A DNA stretch of 64,000 nt, taken from assembly GCA_964016885.1 (NCBI GenBank), contig OZ024746.1:52886001-52950000 (forward strand). Reading direction: 5' to 3'. Shown here in pieces: positions 53,181 to 63,480 of the stretch (its first letter is position 1; every line of letters starts with the position of its first letter). The translations under genes were made by a program, and so were the position numbers. This DNA is from Eledone cirrhosa. Lineage: Eukaryota. The notes below the pieces were generated by a model, which was not told the DNA's origin, did no database searches, and saw only the letters and a list, made by a program, of their open reading frames with translations.

Positions 53181-55849
53181 TTGTAGTTAGTGGTTGCTGA
53201 GATGGTAGTGTTGTTGTTGTTATTGTAGTTAGTGGTTGCTGTGATGGTAGTGTTGTTGTTGTTATTGTAGTTAGTGGTTGCTGAGATGGTAGTGTTGTTG
53301 TTGTGGTTATTGTAGTTAGTGGTTGCTGAGATGGTAGTGTTGTTGTTGTTATTGTAGTTAGTGGTTGCTGTGATGGTAGTGTTGTTGTTGTTATTGTAGT
53401 TAGTGGTTGCTGAGATGGTAGTGTTGTTGTTGTGGTTATTGTAGTTAGTGGTTGCTGTGATGGTAGTGTTGTTGTTGTTATTGTAGTTAGTGTTTGCTGA
53501 GATGGTAGTGTTGTTGTTGTTTTTATTGTAGTTAGTGGTTGCTGAGATGGTAGTGTTGTTTTTGTTATTGTAGTTAGTGGTTTCTGTGATGGTAGTGTTG
53601 TTGTTGTTATTGTAGTTAGTGGTTGCTGAGATGGTAGTGTTGTTGTTGTGGTTATTGTAGTTAGTGGTTGCTGAGATGGTAGTGTTGTTGGTGTTATTGT
53701 AGCTAGTGGTTGCTGTGATGGTAGTGTTGTTGTTGTTATTGTAGTTAGTGGTTGCTATGATGGTAGTGATGTTGTTGTTATTGTAGCTAGTGGTTGCTGT
53801 GTTGGTAGTGTTGTTGTTGTTATTGTAGTTAGTGGTTGCTATGATGGTAGTGTTGTTGTTGTTATTGTAGCTAGTGGTTGCTGTGATGGTAGTGTTTTTG
53901 TTGTTATTGTAGTTAGTGGTTGCTGTAATGGTAGTGTTGTTGTTGTTGTTATTGTAGTTAGTGGTTGCTGTGATGGTAGTGTTGTTGTTGTTATTGTAGT
54001 TAGTGGTTGCTGTGATGGTAGTGTTGTTGTTGTTGTTATTGTAGTTAGTGGTTTCTGTGATGGTAGTGTTGTTGTTGTTATTGTAGTTAGTGGTTGCTGA
54101 GATAGTAGTGTTGTTGTTGTTGTTATTGTAGTTAGCGGTTTCTGTGATGGTAGTGTTGTTGTTGTTGTTATTGTAGTTAGTGGTTGCTGAGATGATAGTG
54201 TTGTTGTTGTTGTTATTGTAGTTAGTGTTTGCTGAGTTGGTAGTGTTGTTGTTGTTGTTATTGTAGTTAGTGGTTTCTGTGATGGTAGTGTTGTTGTTGT
54301 TGTTATTGTAGTTAGTGGTTGCTGTGATGGTAGTGTTGTTGTTGTTGTTATTGTAGTTAGTGGTTGCTGTGATGGTAGTGTTGTTGTTGTTATTGTAGTT
54401 AGTGGTTGCTGAGATGGTAGTGTTGTTGTTGTTGTTGTAGTTAGTAGTTGCTGTGATGGTAGTGTTGTTGTTGTTGTTATTGTAGTTAGTGGTTGCTGAG
54501 ATGGTAGTGTTGTTGTTGTTGTTGTAGTTAGTGGTTGATGAGATGATAGTGTTGTTGTTGTTGTTATTGTAGTTAGTGGTTGCTGTGATGGTAGTGTTGT
54601 TGTTGTTGTTATTGTAGTTAGTGGTTTCTGTGATGGTAGTGTTGTTGTTGTTATTGTAGTTAGTGGTTGCTGTGATGGTAGTGTTGTTGTTGTTATTGTA
54701 GTTAGTGGTTGCTGAGATGGTAGTGTTGTTGTTGTTGTTATAGGTAGTTAGTGGTTGCTGAGATGGTAGTGTTGTTGTTGTTGTTATTGTTGTTAGTGGT
54801 TTCTGTGATGGTAGTGTTGTTGTTGTTGTTATTGTAGTTAGTGGTTGCTGAGATAATAGTGTTGTTGTTGTTGTTATTGTAGTTAGTGGTTGCTGAGATG
54901 ATAGTGTTGTTGTTGTTGTTATTGTAGTTAGTGGTTGCTGAGATGGTAGTGTTGTTGTTGTTGTTATTGTAGTTAGTGGTTTTTGTGATGGTAGTGTTGT
55001 TGTTGTTGTTATTGTAGTTAGTGGTTGCTGTGATGGTAGTGTTGTTGTTGTTATTGTAGTTAGTGGTTGCTGAGATGGTAGTGTTGTTGTTGTTGTTATT
55101 GTAGTTAGTGGTTGCTGAGATGGTAGTGTTGTTGCTGTTGTTATTGTAGTTAGTGGTTTCTGTGATGGTAGAGTTGTTGTTGTTGTTATTGTAGTTAGTG
55201 GTTGCTGTGTTGGTAGTGTTGTTGTTGTTATTCTAGTTAGTGGTTGCTGTGAAGGTAGTGTTGTTGTTGTTGTTATTGTATTTAGTGGTTTCTGTGATGG
55301 TAGTGTTGTTGTTGTTATTGTAGTTAGTGGTTGCTGTGATGGTAGTGTTGTTGTTGTTATTCTAGTTAGTGGTTGCTGAGATGATAGTGTTGTTGTTGTT
55401 GTTATTGTAGAAGGTGGTTTCTGTGATGATAGTGTTGTTGTTGTTGTTATTGTAGTTACTGGTTGCGGAGATGGTAGTGTTGTTGTTGTTGTTATTGTAG
55501 TTAGAGTTTGCTGAGATGGTAGTGTTGTTGTTGTTGTTATTGTAGTTAGTGGTTGCTGAGATGGTAGTGTTGTTGTTGTTGTTATTGTAGTTAGAGGTTG
55601 TTGTGATGGTAGTGTTGTTGTTGTTGTTATTGTAGTTAGTGGTTTCTGTGATGGTAGTGTTGTTGTTGTTGTTATTGTAGTTAGTGGTTGCTGAGATAAT
55701 AGTGTTGTTGTTGTTGTTATTGTAGTTAGTGGTTGCTGAGATGATAGTGTTGTTGTTGTTGTTATTGTAGTTAGTGGTTGCTGAGATGGTAGTGTTGTTG
55801 TTGTTGTTATGTAGTTAGTGGTTTTTGTGATGGTAGTGTTGTTGTTGTT

Positions 55850-56510
55850 GTTATTGTAGTTAGTGGTTGCTGTGATGGTAGTGTTGTTGTTGTTATTCTA
55901 GTTAGTGGTTGCTGTGATGGTAGTGTTGTTGTTGTTGTTATTGTAGTTAGTGGTTTCTGTGATGGTAGTGTTGTTTTTGTTGTTATTGTAGTTAGTGGTT
56001 GCTGTGATGGTAGTGTTGTTGTTGTTATTCTAGTTAGTGGTTGCTGTGATGGTAGTGTTGTTGTTGTTGTTATTGTAGTTAGTGGTTTCTGTGATGGTAG
56101 TGTTGTTGTTGTTGTTATTGTTGTTAGTGGTTGCTGTGATGGTAGTGTTGTTGTTGTTATTCTAGTTAGTGGTTGCTGTGATGGTAGTGTTGTTGTTGTT
56201 GTTATTGTAGTTAGTGGTTTCTGTGATGGTAGTGTTGTTGTTGTTGTTATTGTAGTTAGTGGTTGCTGTGATGGTAGTGTTGTTGTTGTTATTCTAGTTA
56301 GTGGTTGCTGTGATGGTAGTGTTGTTGTTGTTGTTATTGTAGTTAGTGGTTTCTGTGATGGTAGTGTTGTTGTTGTTGTTATTGTAGTTAGTGGTTGCTG
56401 TGATGGTAGTGTTGTTGTTGTTATTCTAGTTAGTGGTTGCTGTGATGGTAGTGTTGTTGTTGTTGTTATTGTAGTTAGTGGTTTCTGTGATGGTAGTGTT
56501 GTTGTTGTTA
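55850..56510. repeat. Second 5-copy 132-bp trimer block, part of a duplication at offset 3330 bp
   Basis: TCTAG lies at 55897, 56029, 56161, 56293 and 56425. The shared private variant TTGTTTTTGT is at 52641/55971 and TTATGTAG at ~52477/55807 (offset 3330). Confidence 0.9.
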
Positions 56511-59500
56511 TTGTAGTTAGTGGTTGCTGAGATGGTAGTGTTGTTGTTGTTATTGTAGTTAGTGGTTGCTGTGATGGTAGTGTTGTTGTTGTTATTGTAG
56601 TTAGTGGTTGCTGAGATGGTAGTGTTGTTGTTGTGGTTATTGTAGTTAGTGGTTGCTGAGATGGTAGTGTTGTTGTTGTTATTGTAGTTAGTGGTTGCTG
56701 TGATGGTAGTGTTGTTGTTGTTATTGTAGTTAGTGTTTGCTGAGATGGTAGTGTTGTTGTTGTTTTTATTGTAGTTAGTGGTTGCTGAGATGGTAGTGTT
56801 GTTTTTGTTATTGTAGTTAGTGGTTTCTGTGATGGTAGTGTTGTTGTTGTTATTGTAGTTAGTGGTTGCTGAGATGGTAGTGTTGTTGTTGTTATTGTAG
56901 CTAGTGGTTGCTGTGATGGTAGTGTTGTTGTTGTTATTGTAGTTAGTGGTTGCTATGATGGTAGTGATGTTGTTGTTATTGTAGCTAGTGGTTGCTGTGT
57001 TGGTAGTGTTGTTGTTGTTATTGTAGTTAGTGGTTGCTATGATGGTAGTGTTGTTGTTGTTATTGTAGCTAGTGGTTGCTGTGATGGTAGTGTTTTTGTT
57101 GTTATTGTAGTTAGTGGTTGCTGTAATGGTAGTGTTGTTGTTGTTGTTATTGTAGTTAGTGGTTGCTGTGATGGTAGTGTTGTTGTTGTTATTGTAGTTA
57201 GTGGTTGCTGTGATGGTAGTGTTGTTGTTGTTGTTATTGTAGTTAGTGGTTTCTGTGATGGTAGTGTTTTTGTTGTTATTGTAGTTAGTGGTTGCTGTAA
57301 TGGTAGTGTTGTTGTTGTTGTTATTGTAGTTAGTGGTTGCTGTGATGGTAGTGTTGTTGTTATTATTGTAGTTAGTGGTTGCTGTGATGGTAGTGTTTTT
57401 GTTGTTATTGTAGTTAGCGGTTTCTGTGATGGTAGTGTTGTTGTTGTTATTGTAGTTAGTGGTTGCTGAGATGATAGTGTTGTTGTTGTTGTTATTGTAG
57501 TTAGTGTTTGCTGAGTTGGTAGTGTTGTTGTTGTTGTTATTGTAGTTAGTGGTTTCTGTGATGGTAGTGTTGTTGTTGTTGTTATTGTAGTTAGTGGTTG
57601 CTGTGATGGTAGTGTTGTTGTTGTTGTTATTGTAGTTAGTGGTTGCTGTGATGGTAGTGTTGTTGTTGTTATTGTAGTTAGTGGTTGCTGAGATGGTAGT
57701 GTTGTTGTTGTTGTTGTAGTTAGTAGTTGCTGTGATGGTAGTGTTGTTGTTGTTGTTATTGTAGTTAGTGGTTGCTGAGATGGTAGTGTTGTTGTTGTTG
57801 TTGTAGTTAGTGGTTGATGAGATGATAGTGTTGTTGTTGTTGTTATTGTAGTTAGTGGTTGCTGTGATGGTAGTGTTGTTGTTGTTGTTATTGTAGTTAG
57901 TGGTTTCTGTGATGGTAGTGTTGTTGTTGTTGTTATTGTAGTTAGTGGTTGCTGTGATGGTAGTGTTGTTGTTGTTATTCTAGTTAGTGGTTGCTGTGAT
58001 GGTAGTGTTGTTGTTGTTGTTATTGTAGTTAGTGGTTTCTGTGATGGTAGTGTTGTTGTTGTTATTGTAGTTAGTGGTTGCTGAGATGGTAGTGTTGTTG
58101 TTGTTATTGTAGTTAGTGGTTGCTGTGATGGTAGTGTTGTTGTTGTTATTGTAGTTAGTGGTTGCTGAGATGGTAGTGTTGTTGTTGTGGTTATTGTAGT
58201 TAGTGGTTGCTGAGATGGTAGTGTTGTTGTTGTTATTGTAGTTAGTGGTTGCTGTGATGGTAGTGTTGTTGTTGTTATTGTAGTTAGTGTTTGCTGAGAT
58301 GGTAGTGTTGTTGTTGTTTTTATTGTAGTTAGTGGTTGCTGAGATGGTAGTGTTGTTGTTGTTGTTATTGTAGTTAGTGGTTGCTGAGATGGTAGTGTTG
58401 TTGCTGTTGTTATTGTAGTTAGTGGTTTCTGTGATGGTAGAGTTGTTGTTGTTGTTATTGTAGTTAGTGGTTGCTGTGTTGGTAGTGTTGTTGTTGTTAT
58501 TCTAGTTAGTGGTTGCTGTGAAGGTAGTGTTGTTGTTGTTGTTATTGTATTTAGTGGTTTCTGTGATGGTAGTGTTGTTGTTGTTATTGTAGTTAGTGGT
58601 TGCTGAGATGGTAGTGTTGTTGTTAGTATTGTAGTTAGAGGTTGCTGAGATGGTAGTGTTGTTGTTGTTATTCTAGTTAGTGGTTGCTGAGATAGTAGTG
58701 TTGTTGTTGTTGTTATTGTAGTTAGTGGTTTCTGTGATGGTAGTGTTGTTGTTGTTGTTATTGTAGTTAGTGGTTGCTGAGATGATAGTGTTGTTGTTGT
58801 TGTTATTGTAGTTAGTGTTTGCTGAGTTGGTAGTGTTGTTGTTGTTGTTATTGTAGTTAGTGGTTTCTGTGATGGTAGTGTTGTTGTTGTTATTGTAGTT
58901 AGTGGTTGCTGTGATGGTAGTGTTGTTGTTGTTGTTATTGTAGTTAGTGGTTGCTGTGATGGTAGTGTTGTTGTTGTTATTGTAGTTAGTGGTTGCTGAG
59001 ATGGTAGTGTTGTTGTTGTTGTTGTAGTTAGTAGTTGCTGTGATGGTAGTGTTGTTGTTGTTGTTATTGTAGTTAGTGGTTGCTGAGATGGTAGTGTTGT
59101 TGTTGTTGTTGTAGTTAGTGGTTGATGAGATGGTAGTGTTGTTGTTGTTGTTATTGTAGTTAGTGGTTGCTGTGATGGTAGTGTTGTTGTTGTTGTTATA
59201 GGTAGTTAGTGGTTGCTGAGATGGTAGTGTTGATGTTGTTGTTATAGGTAATTAGTGGTTGCTGAGATGGTAGTGTTGATGTTGTTGTTATAGGTAGTTA
59301 GTGGTTGCTGAGATGGTAGTGTTGATGTTGTTGTTATTGTAGTTAGTGGTTTCTGTGATGGTAGTGTTGTTGTTGTTGTTATTGTAGTTAAAGGTTGCTG
59401 TGATGGTAGTGTTGTTGTTGTTATTCTAGTTAGTGGTTGCTGAGATGATAGTGTTGTTGTTGTTGTTATTGTAGTTAGTGGTTTCTGTGATGGTAGTGTT

Positions 59501-59779
59501 GTTGTTGTTGTTATAGGTAGTTAGTGGTTGCTGAGATGGTAGTGTTGATGTTGTTGTTATTGTAGTTAGTGGTTTCTGTGATGGTAGTGTTGTTGTTGTT
59601 GTTATTGTAGTTAAAGGTTGCTGTGATGGTAGTGTTGTTGTTGTTATTCTAGTTAGTGGTTGCTGAGATGATAGTGTTGTTGTTGTTGTTATTGTAGAAG
59701 GTGGTTTCTGTGATGGTAGTGTTGTTGTTGTTGTTATTGTAGTTAGTGGTTTCTGTGATGGTAGTGTTGTTGTTGTTAT

Positions 59780-62700
59780 TGTAGTTAGTGGTTGCTGAGA
59801 TAGTAGTGTTGTTGTTGTTGTTATTGTAGTTAGTGGTTTCTGTGATGGTAGTGTTGTTGTTGTTGTTATTGTAGTTAGTGGTTGCTGTGATGGTAGTGTT
59901 GTTGTTGTTGTTATTGTAGTTAGTGGTTGCTGTGATGGTAGTGTTGTTGTTGTTATTGTAGTTAGTGGTTGCTGAGATGGTAGTGTTGTTGTTGTTGTTG
60001 TAGTTAGTAGTTGCTGTGATGGTAGTGTTGTTGTTGTTGTTATTGTAGTTAGTGGTTGCTGAGATGGTAGTGTTGTTGTTGTTGTTGTAGTTAGTGGTTG
60101 ATGAGATGGTAGTGTTGTTGTTGTTGTTATTGTAGTTAGTGGTTGCTGTGATGGTAGTGTTGTTGTTGTTGTTATTGTAGTTAGTGGTTTCTGTGATGGT
60201 AGTGTTGTTGTTGTTGTTATTGTAGTTAGTGGTTGCTGTGATGGTAGTGTTGTTGTTGTTATTGTAGTTAGTGGTTGCTGAGTTGGTAGTGTTGTTGTTG
60301 TTGTTATAGGTAGTTAGTGGTTGCTGAGATGGTAGTGTTGTTGTTGTTGTTATTGTTGTTAGTGGTTTCTGTGATGGTAGTGTTGTTGTTGTTGTTATTG
60401 TAGTTAAAGGTTGCTGTGATGGTAGTGTTGTTGTTGTTATTCTAGTTAGTGGTTGCTGAGATGATAGTGTTGTTGTTGTTGTTATTGTAGAAGGTGGTTT
60501 CTGTGATGGTAGTGTTGTTGTTGTTGTTATTGTAGTTAGTGGTTGCGGAGATGGTAGTGTTGTTGTTGTTGTTATTGTAGTTAGAGTTTGCTGAGATGGT
60601 AGTGTTGTTGTTGTTGTTATTGTAGTTAGTGGTTTCTGTGATGGTAGTGTTGTTGTTGTTGTTATTGTAGTTAGTGGTTGCTGTGATGGTAGTCTTGTTG
60701 TTGTTGTTATTGTAGTTAGTGGTTTCTGTGATGGTAGTGTTGTTGTTGTTGTTATTGTAGTTAGTGGTTGCTGAGATAATAGTGTTGTTGTTGTTGTTAT
60801 TGTAGTTAGTGGTTGCTGAGATGATAGTGTTGTTGTTGTTGTTATTGTAGTTAGTGGTTGCTGAGATGGTAGTGTTGTTGTTGTTGTTATGTAGTTAGTG
60901 GTTTTTGTGATGGTAGTGTTGTTGTTGTTGTTATTGTAGTTAGTGGTTGCTGTGATGGTAGTGTTGTTGTTGTTATTGTAGTTAGTGGTTGCTGAGATGG
61001 TAGTGTTGTTGTAGTTATTGTAGTTAGTGGTTGCTGAGATGGTAGTGTTGTTGTTGTTGTTATGTAGTTAGTGGTTTTTGTGATGGTAGTGTTGTTGTTG
61101 TTGTTATTGTAGTTAGTGGTTGCTGTGATGGTAGTGTTGTTGTAGTTATTGTAGTTAGTGGTTGCTGAGATGGTAGTGTTGTTGTTGTTGTTATGTAGTT
61201 AGTGGTTTTTGTGATGGTAGTGTTGTTGTTGTTGTTATTGTAGTTAGTGGTTGCTGTGATGGTAGTGTTGTTGTTGTTATTGTAGTTAGTGGTTGCTGAG
61301 ATGGTAGTGTTGTTGTTGTTGTTATTGTAGTTAGTGGTTGCTGAGATGGTAGTGTTGTTGCTGTTGTTATTGTAGTTACTGGTTTCTGTGATGGTAGAGT
61401 TGTTGTTGTTGTTATTGTAGTTAGTGGTTGCTGTGTTGGTAGTGTTGTTGTTGTTATTCTAGTTAGTGGTTGCTGTGAAGGTAGTGTTGTTGTTGTTGTT
61501 ATTGTAGTTAGTGGTTTCTGTGATGGTAGTGTTGTTGTTGTTATTGTAGTTAGTGGTTGCTGAGATGGTAGTGTTGTTGTTAGTATTGTAGTTAGAGGTT
61601 GCTGAGATGGTAGTGTTGTTGTTGTTATTCTAGTTAGTGGTTGCTTTGATGGTAGTGTTGTTGTTATTATTGTAGTTAGAGGTTGCTGAGATGGTAGTGT
61701 TGTTGTTGTTATTCTAGTTAGTGGTTGCTGAGATAGTAGTGTTGTTGTTGTTGTTATTGTAGTTAGTGGTTTCTGTGATGGTAGTGTTGTTGTTGTTGTT
61801 ATTGTAGTTAGTGGTTGCTGAGATGATAGTGTTCTTGTTGTTGTTATTGTAGTTAGTGTTTGCTGAGTTGGTAGTGTTGTTGTTATTGTAGTTAGTGGTT
61901 TCTGTGATGGTAGTGTTGTTGTTGTTGTTATTGTAGTTAGTGGTTGCTGTGATGGTAGTGTTGTTGTTGTTGTTATTGTAGTTAGTGGTTGCTGTGATGG
62001 TAGTGTTGTTGTTGTTATTGTAGTTAGTGGTTGCTGAGATGGTAGTGTTGTTGTTGTTGTTGTAGTTAGTAGTTGCTGTGATGGTAGTGTTGTTGTTGTT
62101 GTTATTGTAGTTAGTGGTTGCTGAGATGGTAGTGTTGTTGTTGTTGTTGTAGTTAGTGGTTGATGTGATGGTAGTGTTGTTGTTGTTGTTATTGTAGTTA
62201 GTGGTTGCTGTGATGGTAGTGTTGTTGTTGTTGTTATTGTAGTTAGTGGTTTCTGTGATGGTAGTGTTGTTGTTGTTGTTATTGTAGTTAGTGGTTGCTG
62301 TGATGGTAGTGTTGTTGTTGTTATTGTAGTTAGTGGTTGCTGAGATGGTAGTGTTGTTGTTGTTGTTATAGGTAGTTAGTGGTTGCTGAGATGGTAGTGT
62401 TGTTGTTGTTGTTATTGTAGTTAGTGGTTTCTGTGATGGTAGTGTTGTGGTTGTTGTTATTGTAGTTAAAGGTTGCTGTGATGGTAGTGTTGTTGTTGTT
62501 ATTCTAGTTAGTGGTTGCTGAGATGATAGTGTTGTTGTTGTTGTTATTGTAGAAGGTGGTTTCTGTGATGGTAGTGTTGTTGTTGTTGTTATTGTAGTTA
62601 GTGGTTGCGGAGATGGTAGTGTTGTTGTTGTTGTTATTGTAGTTAGAGTTTGCTGAGATGGTAGTGTTGTTGTTGTTGTTATTGTAGTTAGTGGTTGCTG

Positions 62701-63480
62701 AGATGGTAGTGTTGTTGTTGTTGTTATTGTAGTTAGAGGTTGCTGTGATGGTAGTGTTGTTGTTGTTGTTATTGTAGTTAGTGGTTTCTGTGATGGTAGT
62801 GTTGTTGTTGTTGTTATTGTAGTTAGTGGTTGCTGAGATAATAGTGTTGTTGTTGTTGTTATTGTAGTTAGTGGTTGCTGAGATGATAGTGTTGTTGTTG
62901 TTGTTATTGTAGTTAGTGGTTGCTGAGATGGTAGTGTTGTTGTTGTTGTTATGTAGTTAGTGGTTTTTGTGATGGTAGTGTTGTTGTTGTTGTTATTGTA
63001 GTTAGTGGTTGCTGTGATGGTAGTGTTGTTGTTGTTATTGCAGTTAGTGGTTGCTGAGACGGTAGTGTTGTTGTTGTTGTTATTGTAGTTAGTGGTTGCT
63101 GAGATGGTAGCGTTGTTGCTGTTGTTATTGTAGTTAGTGGTTTCTGTGATGGTAGTGTTGTTGTTGTTGTTATTGTAGGTAGTGGTTGCTGTTTTGGTAG
63201 TGTTGTTGTTGTTATTCTAGTTAGTCGTTGCTGTGAAGGTAGTGTTGTTGTTGTTGTTATTGTAGTTAGTGGTTTCTGTGATGGTAGTGTTGTTGTTGTT
63301 ATTGTAGTTAGTGGTTGCTGAGATGGTAGTGTTGTTGTTAGTATTGTAGTTAGAGGTTGCTGAGATGGTAGTGTTGTTGTTGTTATTCTAGTTAGTGGTT
63401 GCTGTGATGGTAGTGTTGTTGTTATTATTGTAGTTAGAGGTTGCTGAGATGGTAGTGTTGTTGTTGTTATTCTAGTTAGT
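59780..63480. repeat. Imperfect ~2.06-kb tandem duplication
   Basis: ATAGGTAG 60306/62368 and ATGTAG 60889/62951 are 2062 apart. GTGAAGGTAG 61477/63235 is 1758 apart, i.e. 2062 minus a 304-bp local expansion in the first copy. Confidence 0.78.
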
